Source of the DNA: Ascidiella aspersa | Taxonomy: Eukaryota | Assembly: GCA_963924565.1 (NCBI GenBank) | Contig: OZ004613.1 | Span: 21,142,001 to 21,206,000, forward strand | Length of the DNA stretch: 64,000 nucleotides | Reading direction: 5' to 3' | Shown here: positions 25,301 through 40,300 of the stretch, one piece after another | How the letters are laid out: each line of letters starts with the position of its first letter | Numbering within the stretch: the first letter of the stretch is position 1 | The notes under the pieces: generated by a model | Databases searched by the model: none | What the model saw: only the letters and a program-made list of their open reading frames with translations | What the model was told of the DNA's origin: nothing | Translations under genes and position numbers: made by a program

Positions 25301-28300
25301 AAGTATTCGTACAGGGCACGATTTACCTAGCATCAGAAAACAGCAGATGCTGCAATCGAACTTGCATAGATGATGTCGGGCCGAATCGCTTGGAGGAGGT
25401 CTGTTTTAACGAGACTTGCATATACGAATGCGATAATCCCAACCAACAGCATCATTTTCGTGATACCTGGGATAGCAACAAGCCTTGCTGCTACGAGTAC
25501 GATTGTGGTAAGAACTATATAGTATGATGCTTCTTATATTGATGCAGGTGGCAATGTAAGGTTGTGTCAGTGACGTTTGGACAATATAACTAAATAAGAG
25601 CGTTCGAAGTTTCATCGATATGATTACACACGGGCTGTATTTGTGTAACAAGCTTAACAGCGTTCTCTAATTTGCTTATATTAAGTCATGTTATTGCAAA
25701 AAGTAAAATGAATGTGGGTATTTATTACTAAACTGCCTTTAATTTTGTTAGGACACAACTCACTATCTATACATTTTAGCAAATTTATAAAATGTACACC
25801 CACCTTATGTTTTAAAGTTTTAAAAATCTTCCTTGAGGCCGGAATTTTGTTTTTAAAATACGCCCAGATCGCATGAAAAGTTTCGAAAGCCCCAAATGTT
25901 TAAGTTTGAGTATATTTATAGAACCACTTGGCTTACTAAAACAACAATAAACGCTTGTTTGTTATTTTTAATTTTTTTTGTCTAATTGTAAACACTGCTC
26001 GAACACTGCAGTGTGCAACCCACTAACCTGTGCCAACGTGACCTGCTTATCCAATGAGCGCAAGGACCCCGTGACTATGGCTGACGGTGTGACTGTGTGT
26101 TGCGACGTCTATGAATGCGGTAAGATATTTATTTTTAATTACTTGTACACGCTTTCTGGTTTCTGATAGTTTATCACAGTTTAATCTTTTTTCGGATGGA
26201 TGTCTCTTACGTTGTGTTATACAGGTTTATTTGAACTCATTTTTTGTACTTTCACACATATTCCAATTATAGTTCGTTTCCTAAAAAATCTGTGTGGACT
26301 GAAGTTCATTGCCATATTTTATATTTTTTTTACGAAATGCGTACCACCTTTTCAATGTTAAATATAAGATGACATGATTTACTCCAGAACGGGTTGCTAC
26401 CATTGAGCTAAAATAATTTTCACAATACTGATGTCTGCTGCATGTGACCCAAAAGTTGTCATGCTATATGCTTAACTCAGTGCTTCTCAACCTTTTTTCG
26501 CGGCGACCCAATATTAAACATAAGTATGACGACTGAGCTTTTACGACCCAATTGTTTTTTCCTGTAAGCGAAATAAAAACTATAGCTTCTTGCAAGCGAA
26601 CAAAAAATAGGCATTAGCATGAAGAATTTCGAATTTTAATATTTATTCTAAGACATTATTTGGGCTGCTTCCTTAATTGATAAATGTGACTAGAGGTCGG
26701 CGACCCAACCAAATCATACAGCGACCCAATTTGGGGTCGCGACCTATAGGTTAAGAAGCACTGGCTTAACTGCTTCAAGAGCCTGAAAAAATATCAGTTA
26801 TGATTTAGTACGATAAATGTGTTTTCATTCATAATAATTTTTGATTTTAGTTCCTGTCCGATGTTTGTATCGCGGAGAAACTTATGAGGTAAGAAACCAA
26901 TAAAAACATCTTTTGAACAATTATTATAATATCATTAGGGAAAATATTTCACTATATAATATTTTCGAAAACTTTTTTTTTCAGTCATTCGCATCATTAT
27001 GTATTTTAAAAACACAAAGTGTAGTTTGCACTAGGCAAGTTAGGAATATTTTAGATTCTGTACGAACCGTGCTACGGCCAGGTAATACTTTGTTTTCTTT
27101 TTATTTTAACACATAACGAGTAAAATGTATTCCTAACTTCAGCCAAACGAAACGTGGACTGATGACTGCTACCAGTATACTTGTCTTCACAACGTGTCCG
27201 TCTTCGTACCAACACAAATCGGTCATGTCGGGTGCGATGACGAAGTAAATTGCACGTCATGTCAGAAGGAAACTTTTGTGCGGACCGACGAGTGCTGCGG
27301 CGACATTTACACTTGTTGTAAGAATAAAAATACGCTTGTTTAAATTGTACGCTATTGTTTGTCAGTTGTATTTAACCAAACCTAGCAATGTTGGTGTTTT
27401 TTCACATTTTTTTAGTGTTGTACAACCAGTTTTGCAAGGTTCTGCAATACGTTTGTTGGTGTTTGTGTGTGTGTGTGTGTGTGTGTGTTCAAGCATTGTG
27501 GACCTTAACCTAACCATATGTTTAGCTCCGTTGGAATGTCCGACCATAACTTGTGGCGCCGACCAACTAAGAGTTCCCAAAGATGAACAGCCCACACCTT
27601 GTTGTACGGAGTACGAATGCCGATGTAAGATCAATTGAAAGTTTTGGTTTTGTATTTATTTTTGTCAATGTATGCAACTGTTTTCTTTTTCCAGGCAAAT
27701 GTAGCGGTTTGGGTTCAACTTCTTCAACGACGTTTCAATGTAGTCAAACTCTTCAATTTACTGGGAACTGTACCTATCTTTTAACCAAGGTAACCTGTTT
27801 TGTAAAATTATTGTAAAAATATGTAGATTTTGTTGTACAAAACCTTTTATCTAACTTTTTCCGGGGTTGTATTTCGCGCGGTGTTTACCTTAAATAAGCC
27901 GACACGATTAGCGATAAATTTGTGAAAATAAGTCAATTTGATTGTAGGGTAACTTTGTGTACTGTATTTTTTAATTGATCCGTTTATATTTTAGGAGGTA
28001 ACTAGTAGTGATTATGAAGTGTTGGTCGAACAAGGTTCGTGTCGTGGTGTTTATCAATCGGACGTCTACTCGGCCAATCAAATGTGCTACAAAACACTTA
28101 TTGTCAAGTATTTTGATAACACCTACAAGTTCCACGTCGTCACAAACAAGGTTTATTTTTTACTCATCATTCTAAATAGAAAACTATTTGTGTCAGTTAC
28201 AGTCTATTTTATAGAAATTAATGATACATGACTTCTTATACACTAATTATATCGAAACGAGTTGGCTTAACTTTTTCTGTTTGTTGTTACATTTTGTCCT

Positions 28301-31300
28301 ATTCGTGTACGTGTATAGGTTACCATGAACGAAACCCCAATTGACTTCAGTAACCAGATCGGAGGAATAAACGCTCATGTTAGCACGGTTCTAGTCGGTG
28401 GATTGTCGTACATTTCTTTCTTAACCTTAAGTGCGATGGACGGGGGTCTAATCATTACCTACTCAAACCCGAACGTTGCGACAAAGGCCGGTGCTGTTGG
28501 CTTGTTTGAAATCTCTCTTGCTTCGAGTAGCACAAGCGGGGGAACATCGGGATTGTGTGGTATGGCAACATTTACTTATTAATATTTATTAATTTTAGTC
28601 TAGAAGTCAGTGTTCAACTATATAGTTGTATCAAAATTTTGAAATAAAACAAACTCTTAACTGTCACAAATTGTTCTGTATAATATTCGTGTGGTCAGTG
28701 CGTTAGTTATTTCTTGCAATTAAACCACAATTGGCAATACCGACATCATTTTCTGAGTCGTTATGGCACCTGTTTTTGTTGAGGATCATTTCTTACGTTT
28801 TTGCATTTTTAATATACTGTGCAGTTTAATTTGAAATGCTATGATTATATAAATCTGGGATAATGATTTTGAATATAGTAAAATAAGCGTTGCGAAGTTG
28901 ACTTTATCATGAGACTTTTCGATTTGCCTGGCGTTTCATTCTCTTAACGTTTTCTGTTTAATTAAGTTCATGTAGCATTATGACTAAAACATTATATTGG
29001 TAGTTATTTTATCTAAGATGTTATGCAATGTTGTTTAAAAATATATACGAATATTCATAAATGTTTGACTATACCGTTGATTTAGTTATTTGTTTATTTG
29101 TAGGTAATTGCAATGGTACCGGTCACAACAACACGGAATGCGCTTCATTACCACCAGTTGTTGAGTCTGAATACATCGAAGATGACAATTGCTTGCCTCC
29201 ATGTGGTACAGGTGAAACTTGCCAAGAACCCAGATGTCAATCAGTCGGTCCGTGTGGCCCTGAATGCAAATCCTGCACAGACTTGGGATTTAATGATCCT
29301 TGTCAAGTATTGGACGACGCACTTTTCGGTAGGACATGTTAAAAATGTTTTTAATGTACAGATTAAAGATGATAGTTATGATGCGAATGATTTGCTTTTT
29401 TGTTCATAGGAAAATTGCACTTATTTATGAGGTTGATTTTTATATTTTATTGTTATTTTGTTTGCAGCTAAATGTCATGAAGGGATAGACCTGGGTGCTT
29501 TGATTGCGTCTTGTCAAGACGATCAATGTTTAAATCCCAATGACCCAAGTTCAGGTGCCGAAGAACAATGCAACGTTTGTGTTTCACGTTTTATACAACA
29601 GCACATAACCGAATGTATAAGCGGCGGGAATTGCGAAGATTATCAAGAAATTCTAAACTGTGAAAAAGGTAATTTTGGTGCGTTTTGTCTCTCAGCTCTC
29701 GCAAAATACTTTTCAGTTTTGGTTGCGCTTTTTCAAGTATAGACTTTTTTATTTAGATTTGTATTCATTATTTTATTGGTAATTAACAGTTTTGTAATTC
29801 TGTATAGATAACGAGACGTGTGAGGATACCGGAAAAGTGTTCGAAAAATGCATTAGCAGTTGTAAAGCACAAACTACGTGTGATGATATCACTCAAACCA
29901 CTGTAAGAGCAAATTATTGTATTTTAGCGCATATATGAGTTTTTGTGTTAATTAGATAAACATTCATTTTGATATGAGTCGACCTATATAAAGCGTTGTC
30001 TGCCATCGCATGGTATTTCTTTAGGTTAATTGAATATATTTACATTAAATATGTTGATGTGTTTTCGTTTGCAGACCTCAAATTGCACTCATTCTATCGT
30101 GTCCGCCTGCGTTTGTCCAGAGGGTTACGTGTTAAAGAGTGACACTGAACAAGTATGCGTCAAAGAGGAATGTAAGTACTCCACTTTGATTCGGGGATAA
30201 TTTCTAAACAATACGATGTTAAAATTTATTTGCCGTTTAATTTAAATATGTATTAATTATCTCGTTGAAATCAGGTTGCACTTGTCCTGAAGAACCTGAC
30301 TGTGATGAAGGACCTAACTATGATCCTATTGTTATTGACACCGATTCTTGTGGTTGTAATGTCTACAGCGTGACATGTGGTATGATTTGTTGTTAAGTAA
30401 ACATTTTGAATAAATGACAGGGAATGACTAGTAATTTTGTTCCGTAGGTTGTTCACCGAAATGTACTAATCCAATAACAAACAAAGAAATGGAACCTGGA
30501 CATCACTACAAATATGGCTGTGGCAAGTATGTTTGTCCAAGTTACGATCCCCACACCAATCCAAACTGCGAATCACAGGAAGCCACGTTTTCGCGTGACG
30601 ATTGTTTGCATGTAAATTGCTCAAGCAGCAAACTTCCGAAATACCACAACGACCCCGATGAATGCTGTCCAACTGTAACCTGCGAGTGCCCACCACCAAT
30701 TACTCCATCACCCGATTGCACTGATCCCTATCAGATACTTACAAACACAAGTGGAGAATGTCCGACGGAAACGTGTAAGTGCCAATGTCCACCAGTCGGA
30801 GTAAACTGTTCGTCGAGTCCTGGTTGTCGCGTGGTGCCTACAAATAACGTTACGTCAACTATTTGCGGATGCATCGAGAGTTGGGAATGCGTTCCCGACC
30901 CCGATCTGTGTCCACCTGTTACACATTGCAGCACTTGTGAAAATCGAACGAAGGTGGAGACTGTGCCTGGTTCCGGGGAATGTGAGGCCGACTGCGATCT
31001 TTACAGATGTGATCCGAAACCTTGTCCCAGCTATTCACAACCAGAACTACCCTGTCCAAAATATCATCGCGAGATTCCAATTTACGCTGCCAGCGACACC
31101 GACAAATGTTGTCCGATGGAGAAGTGCGAATGCAAATCAGTAGGCGACCTTAAGGCGGAATGTGATCAATGGTATGATTATGAATGTGAAGACGATTACC
31201 TGAGAAATAGGACGAACGATGAAACGGAATGCTGTCCTGAGTATGAGTGTATTTGTAACCAAGCAAATTGTCCACCTCCTGTTAATTGTTCTTGGTTGAC

Positions 31301-34300
31301 ACTTGAAACACACTGGCCTCCGCCGTATGCAACTGGCGCCCACGAAGATGTTTGTTGTGCATCATACAACTGCACCTGTGTTGATGTTCCTTGTCCTCCG
31401 TACAACGAAACTTGTCCGCAATATCAAAAAGTCAGCAGTCGAGACAACACCACTAACCCTTGTTGCCCGACTCACAGCTGTGTTTGTGACCCTGATCAGT
31501 ATCCCGCGTATTATAAATCACCTGAGAACAAGCCAGATGAAAATGGAGTCTGTTCACATCCAGGACAAAAGCCCGACCCCGTATACGACGATCCAACCGG
31601 ATGTTTGGCAAGATGCGTGTGTTATCCATCCGATCAGGTGCTTGGATATTGTGCAGAATATCAGACGGTGCTTGGGGTTTGTCATAGACCCAGAGTGGTG
31701 ACAACCCTAATTCCTGCCGCCGACAATCCAGATTATTATTGCTGTCCCAAGCCGGATTGCCAATGTCCGAATTGTGCTGATGTTCCTAATGCCAAAAATT
31801 GTTCTTTGTGTGAAAAGCGAGTTTTGAATCACACAGATTCATGTTGTGGAGATATATATCGATGTGGTAAGCACTCACTTTATCTTGAACCTTGCAATTG
31901 TCTGATAACAGCGTAAGTATGGCTAAACGTTTACTAACCGCATGTTTAGATCCGCTGGAATGTCCGACCATAACTTGTGGCGCCGATCAACAAAGAGTTC
32001 CCAAAGATGAACAGCCCACACCTTGTTGTACGGAGTACGAATGCCGATGTAAGATCAATTGGAAGTTTTGGTTTGGTATTTATTTTGGTCAATGTATGCA
32101 ACTGTTTTCTTTTTCCAGGCAAATGTAGCGGTTTGGGTTCAACTTCCTCAACGACGTTTCAATGTAATCAAACTCTTCAATTTACTGGGAACTGTACCTA
32201 TCTTTTGACCAAGGTAACCTGTTTTGTAAAATTATTGTAAAAATATGTAGACTTTGTTGTACAAAACCTTTTATCTAACTTTTTACTGAGGTTGTATTTC
32301 GCGCGGTGCTTACTTTAAATTGGCCGACACAGATAAATTTGTGTACTATATTTTTTAAGTTGATCCGTTTATATTTTAGGAGGTAACTAGTAGTGATTAT
32401 GAAGTGTTGGTCGAACAAGGTTCGTGTCGTGATGTTTATCAATCGGACGTCTACTCGGCCAATCAAATGTGCTACAAAACACTTATTGTCAAGTATTTTG
32501 ATAACACCTACAAGTTCCACGTCGTCACAAACGAGGTTTATTTTTTATTTATCAATCTAAATAGAAAACTATTTGTCTCAGTTACAGTCTATTTTATAGA
32601 TTTAATGATACATAGCTTATTGTACACTAATTATATCGAAACGAGTTGGCTTAACTTTTTCTGTTTGTTGTTACATTTTGTCCTATTCGTGTACGTGTAT
32701 AGGTTACCATGAACGAAACCCCAATTGACTTCAGTCACCAGATCGGAGGAATAAACGCTCATGTTAGCACGGTTCTAGTCGGTGGATTGTCGTACATTTC
32801 TTTCTTAACCTTGAGTGCGATGGACGGAGGTCTAATCATTACCTACTCAAACCCAAACGTTGCGACAAAGGCCGGTGCTGTTGGCTTGTTTGAAATTTCT
32901 CTTGCATCGAGTAGCACAAGCGGGGGAACATCGGGATTGTGTGGTATGGCAACATTCACTTATTAATATTTATTAATTTTAATCTAGAAGTCAGTGTTCA
33001 ACTATATAGTTGTACCAAAAATTTGAAATAAAACAACTCTAACTGTCACAAATTGTTCTGTATAATATTCCTGTGGTCAGTGCGTTAGTTATTTCTTGCA
33101 ATTTAATCACAATTGGCAATACCGATTCCATTTTCTGAGTCGTTATGGCACCTGTTTTTGTTGTGGAACATTTCTTACGTTTTTGCATTTTCAATATACT
33201 GTGCAGTTTAATTTGAAATGCTATGATTATATAAATCTGGGATAATGAATTTTGGATGTAGTAAAATAAGCGTTGCGAAGTTGTCCTTATCATGAGACTT
33301 TTCGATTTGCCTGGCATTTCCTTCTTTTAACGTTTTCTATTTAATTAAGTTCTTGTAGCATTATGACTAAAATATTATATTGGTAGTTATTTTATCTAAG
33401 ATGTTATGCAATGTTGTTTAAAAATATATACGAATGTTCTCAAATGTTTGACTATACCGTTGATTTAATTATTTGTTTATTTGTAGGTAATTGCAATGGT
33501 ACCGGTCACAACAACACGGAATGCGCTTCATTACCACCAGTTGTTGAGTCTGAATACATCGAAGATGACAATTGCTTGCCTCCATGTGGTACAGGTGAAA
33601 CTTGCCAAGAACCCAGATGTCAATCAGTCGGTCCGTGTGGCCCTGAATGCAAATCCTGCTCAGACTTGGGATTTAATGATCCTTGTCAAGTATTGGAGGA
33701 CGCACTTTTCGGTAGGACATGTTAAAAATGTTTTTAATGTACAGATTAAAGATGATAGTTATGATGCGAATGATTTGCTTTTTTATTCATAGTAAAATTA
33801 CACTTATTTATGAGGTTGATTTTTATATTTTATTGTTATTTTGTTTGCAGCTAAATGTCATGAAGGGATAGACCTGGCGGCTTTAATTGCGTCTTGTCAA
33901 GACAATCAATGTTTAAATCCCAATGACCCAAGTTCAGGTGCCGAAGAACAATGCAACGTTTGTGTTTCACGTTTTATACAACAGCACATAACCGAATGTA
34001 TAAGCGGCGGGAATTGCGAAGATTATCAAGAAATTCTAAACTGTGAAAAAGGTAATTTTGGTGCGTTTGTCTCTCAGCTCTCGCAAAATACTTTTCAGTT
34101 TTGGTTGCGCTTTTTTAAGTATAGACTTTTTTTATTTAGATTTGTATTCATTATTTTATTAGTAATTAACAGTTTTGTAATTCTGTATAGATAACGAGAC
34201 GTGTGAGGATACCGGAAAAGTGTTCGAAAAATGCATTAGCAGTTGTAAAGCACAAACTACGTGTGATGATATCACTCAAACCACTGTAAGAGCAAATTAT

Positions 34301-37300
34301 TGTATTTTAGCGCATATATGAGTTTTTGTGTTAATTAGATAAACATTCATTTTGATATGAGTCGACCTATATAAAGCGTTGTCTGCCATCGCATGGTATT
34401 TCTTTAGGTTAATTGAATATATTTACATTGAATATGTTGATGTGTTTTCGTTTGCAGACCTCAAATTGCACTCATTCTATCGTGTCCGCCTGCGTTTGTC
34501 CAGAGGGTTACGTGTTAAAGAGTGACACTGAACAAGTATGCGTCAAAGAGGAATGTAAGTACTCCACTTTGATTCGGGGTTAATTTCTAAACAATACGAT
34601 GTTAAAATTTATTTGCCGTTTAATTTAAATATGTATTAATTATCTCGTTGAAATCAGGTTGCACTTGTCCTGAAGAACCTGACTGTGATGAAGGACCTAA
34701 CTATGATCCTATTGTTATTGACACCGATTCTTGTGGTTGTAATGTCTACAGCGTGACATGTGGTATGATTTGTTGTTAAGTAAACATTTTGAATAAATGA
34801 CAGGGAATGACTCGTAATTTTGTTCCGTAGGTTGTTCACCGAAATGTACTAATCCAATAACAAACAAAGAAATGGAACCTGGACATCACTACAAATATGG
34901 CTGTGGCAAGTATGTTTGTCCAAGTTACGATCCCCACACCAATCCAAACTGCGAATCACAGGAAGCCACGTTTTCGCGTGACGATTGTTTGCATGTAAAT
35001 TGCTCAAGCAGCAAACTTCCGAAATACCACAACGACCCCGATGAATGCTGTCCAACTGTAACCTGCGAGTGCCCACCACCAATTACCCCATCACCCGATT
35101 GCACTGATCCCTATCAGATACTTACAAACACAAGTGGAGAATGTCCGACGGAAACGTGTAAGTGCCAATGTCCACCAGTCGGAGTAAACTGTTCGTCGAG
35201 TCCTGGTTGTCGCGTGGTGCCTACCAATAACGTTACGTCAACTATTTGCGGATGCATCGAGAGTTGGGAATGCGTTCCCGACCCCGATCTGTGTCCACCT
35301 GTTACACATTGCAGCACTTGTGAAAATCGAACGAAGGTGGAGACTGTGCCTGGTTCCGGGGAATGTGAGGCCGACTGCGATCTTTACAGATGTGATCCGA
35401 AACCTTGTCCCAGCTATTCACAACCAGAACTACCCTGTCCAAAATATCATCGCGAGATTCCAACTTACGCTGCCAGCGACACCGACAAATGTTGTCCGAT
35501 GGAGAAGTGCGAATGCAAATCAGTAGGCGACCTTAAGGCGGAATGTGATCAATGGTATGATTATGAATGTGAAGACGATTACCTGAGAAATAGGACGAAC
35601 GATAAAACGGAATGCTGTCCTGAGTATGAGTGTATTTGTAACCACGCAAATTGTCCACCTCCTGTTAATTGTTCGTGGTTGACACTTGAAACACACTGGC
35701 CTCCGCCGTATGCAACTGGCGCTCACGAAGATGTTTGTTGTGCATCGTACAACTGCACCTGTGCTGATGTTCCTTGTCCTCCGTACAACGAAACTTGTCC
35801 GCAATATCAAAAAGTCAGCAGTCGAGACAACACCACTAACCCTTGTTGCCCGACTCACAGCTGTGTTTGTGACCCTGATCAGTATCCCGCGTATTATAAA
35901 TCGCCTGAGAACAAGCCAGATGAAAATGGAGTCTGTTCACATCCAGGACAAAAGCCCGACCCCGTATACGATGATCCAACCGGATGTTTGGCAAGATGCG
36001 TGTGTTATCCATCCGATCAGGTGCTTGGATATTGTGCAGAATATCAGACGGTGCTTGGGGTTTGTCATAGACCCAGAGTGGTGACAACCCTAATTCCTGC
36101 CGCCGACAATCCAGATTATTATTGCTGTCCCAAGCCGGATTGCCAATGTCCGAATTGTGCTGATGTCCCTAATGCCAAAAATTGTTCTTTGTGTGAAAAG
36201 CGAGTTTTGAATCACACAGATTCATGTTGTGGAGATATATATCGATGTGGTAAGCACTCACTTTATCTTGAACCTTGCAATTGTCTGATAACACCGTAAG
36301 TATGGCTAAACGTTTAATAACCGCATCTTTAGATCCGCTGGAATGTCCGACCATAACTTGTGGCGCCGATCAACAAAGAGTTCCCAAAGATGAACAGCCC
36401 ACACCTTGTTGTACGGAGTACGAATGCCGATGTAAGATCAATTGAAAATTTTAATTTTGTATTTATTTTTGTCAATGTATGCAACTGTTTTCTTTTTCCA
36501 GGCAAATGTAGCGGTTTGGGTTCAACTTCTTCAACGACGTTTCAATGTAATCAAACTCTTCAATTTACTGGGAACTGTACCTATCTTTTGACCAAGGTAA
36601 CCTGTTTTGCAAAATTATTGTAAAAATGAGTAGATTTTGTTGTACAAAACCTTTTATCTAACTTTTTGCTGGGGTTGTATTTCGCGCTGTTTACTTTAAA
36701 TAGGCCGACACTGATAAATTTGTGAAAATATGGGAATTTGATTGGAAGGTAACTTTGTGTACTGTATTTTTTAATTGATCCGTTTATATTTTAGGAGGTA
36801 ACTAGTAGTGATTATGAAGTTTTGGTCGAACAAGGTTCATGTAGTGATGTTTATCAATCGGACGTCTACTCGGCCAATCAAATGTGCTACAAAACACTTA
36901 TTGTCAAGTATTTTGATAACACCTACAAGTTTCACGTCGTCACAAACGAGGTTTATTTTTTAATTTCTCAATCTAAATAGAAAACTATTTGTGTCAGTTA
37001 CAGTCTATTTTATAGAAATTAATGATACATGACTTCTTATACACTAATTATATTGAAACGAGTTGGCTTAACTTTTTCTGTTTGTTGTTACATTTTGTCC
37101 TATTCGTGTACGTGTATAGGTTACCATGAACGAAACCCCAATTGACTTCAGTAACCAGATCGGAGGAATAAACGCTCATGTTAGCACGGTTCTAGTCGGT
37201 GGATTGTCGTACATTTCTTTCTTAACCTTAAGTGCGATGGACGGGGGTCTAATCATAACCTACTCAAACCCGAACGTTGCGACAAAGGCTGGTGCTGTTG

Positions 37301-40300
37301 GCTTGTTTGAAATCTCTCTTGCATCGAGTAGCACAAGCGGGGGAACATCGGGATTGTGTGGTATGGCACCATTCACTTATTAATATTTATTAATTCTAAT
37401 CTAGAAGGCAGTGTTCAACTATAGTTGTATCGAAATTTTGAAATAAAAAAACACTAACTGTCACAAATTGTTCTGTATAATATTCCTATGGTCAGTGCGT
37501 TAGTTATTTCTTGCAATTTAATCACAATTGGTAATACCGACATCATTTTCTAAGTCTTCATGGCACCTGTTTTTGTTGTGCAACATTTCTTACGTTTTTG
37601 CATTTTCAATATACTGTGCAGTTTAATTTGAAATGCTATGATTATATAAATCTGGGATAATGAATTTTGGATGTAGTAAAATAAGCGTTGCGAAGTTGAC
37701 TTTATCATGAGACTTTTCGATTTGCCTGACGTTTCATTCTCTTAACGTTTTCTATTTATTTAAGTTCTTGTAGCATTATGACTAAAACATTATATTGGTA
37801 GTTATTTTATCTGAGATGTTATGCAATGTTGTTTAAAAATATATACGAATATTCATAAATGTTTGACTATACCGTTGATTTAATTATTTGTTTTTTGTAG
37901 GTAATTGCAATGGTACCGGTCACAACAACACGGAATGCGCTTCATTACCACCAGTTGTTGAGTCTGAATACATCGAAGATGACACTTGCTTGCCTCCATG
38001 TGGTACAGGTGAAACTTGCCAAGAACCCAGATGTCAATCAGTCGGTCCGTGTGGCCCTGAATGCAAATCCTGCACAGACTTGGGATTTAATGATCCTTGT
38101 CAAGTATTGGAGGACGCACTTTTCGGTAGGACATGTTAAAAATGTTTTTAATGTACAGATTAAAGATGATAGTTATGATGCGAATCATTTGCTTTTTTAT
38201 TCATAGTAAAATTACACTTATTTATGAGGTTGATTTTTATATTTTATTGTTATTTTGTTTGCAGCTAAATGTCATGAAGGGATAGACCTGGGTGCTTTGA
38301 TTGCGTCTTGTCAAGACGATCAATGTTTAAATCCCAATGACCCAAGTTCAGGTGCCGAAGAACAATGCAACGTTTGTGTTTCACGTTTTATACAACAGCA
38401 CATAACCGAATGTATAAGCGGCGGGAATTGCGAAGATTATCAAGAAATTCTAAACTGTGAAAAAGGTAATTTTGGTGCGTTTGTCTCTCAGCTCTCGCAA
38501 AATACTTTTCAGTTTTGGTTGCGCTTTTTTAAGTATAGACTTTTTTTATTTAGATTTGTATTCATTATTTTATTGGTAAATAACAGTTTTGTAATTCTGT
38601 ATAGATAACGAGACGTGTGAGGATACCGGAAAAGTGTTCGAAAAATGCATTAGCAGTTGTAAAGCACAAACTACGTGTGATGATATCACTCAAACCACTG
38701 TAAGAGCAAATTATTGCATTTTAGCGCATATATGAGTTTTTGTGTTAATTAGAAAAACATTCATTTTGATATGAGTCGACCTATATAAAGCGTTGTCTGC
38801 CATCGCATGGTATTTCTTTAGGTTAATTGAATATATTTACATTAAATATGTTGATGTGTTTTCGTTTGCAGACCTCAAATTGCACTCATTCTATCGTGTC
38901 CGCCTGCGTTTGTCCAGAGGGTTACGTGTTAAAGAGTGACACTGAACAAGTATGCGTCAAAGAGGAATGTAAGTACTCCACTTTGATTCGGGGTTAATTT
39001 CTAAACAATACGATGTTAAAATTTATTTGCCGTTTAATTTAAATATGTATTAATTATCTCGTGGAAATCAGGTTGCACTTGTCCTGAAGAACCTGACTGT
39101 GATGAAGGACCTAACTATGATCCTATTGTTATTGACACCGATTCTTGTGGTTGTAATGTCTACAGCGTGACATGTGGTATGATTTGTTTTTAAGTAAACA
39201 TTTTGAATAAATGACAGGGAATGACTAGTAATTTTGTTCCGTAGGTTGTTCACCGAAATGTACTAATCCAATAACAAACAAAGAAATGGAACCTGGACAT
39301 CACTACAAATATGGCTGTGGCAAGTATGTTTGTCCAAGTTACGATCCCCACACCAATCCAAACTGCGAATCACAGGAAGCCACGTTTTCGCGTGACGATT
39401 GTTTGCATGTAAATTGCTCAAGCAGCAAACTTCCGAAATACCACAACGACCCCGATGAATGCTGTCCAACTGTAACCTGCGAGTGCCCACCACCAATTAC
39501 TCCATCACCCGATTGCACTGATCCCTATCAGATACTTACAAACACAAGTGGCGAATGTCCGACGGAAACGTGTAAGTGCCAATGTCCACCAGTCGGAGTA
39601 AACTGTTCGTCGAGTCCTGGTTGTCGCGTGGTGCCTACAAATAACGTTACGTCAACTATTTGCGGATGCATCGAGAGTTGGGAATGCGTTCCCGACCCCG
39701 ATCTGTGTCCACCTGTTACACATTGCAGCACTTGTGAAAATCGAACGAAGGTGGAGACTGTGCCTGGTTCCGGGGAATGTGAGGCCGACTGCGATCTTTA
39801 CAGATGTGATCCGAAACCTTGTCCCAGCTATTCACAACCAGAACTACCCTGTCCAAAATATCATCGCGAGATTCCAACTTACGCTGCCAGCGACACTGAC
39901 AAATGTTGTCCGATGGAGAAGTGCGAATGCAAATCAGTAGGCGACCTTAAGGCGGAATGTGATCAATGGTATGATTATGAATGTGAAGACGATTACCTGA
40001 GAAATAGGACGAACGATAAAACGGAATGCTGTCCTGAGTATGAGTGTATGTGTAACCAAGCAAATTGTCCACCTCCTGTTAATTGTTCGTGGTTGACACT
40101 TGAAACACACTGGCCTCCGCCGTATGCAACTGGCGCCCACGAAGATGTTTGTTGTGCATCATACAACTGCACCTGTGTTGATGTTCCTTGTCCTCCGTAC
40201 AACGAAACTTGTCCGCAATATCAAAAAGTCAGCAGTCGAGACAACACCACTAACCCTTGTTGCCCGACTCACAGCTGTGTTTGTGACCCTGATCAGTATC

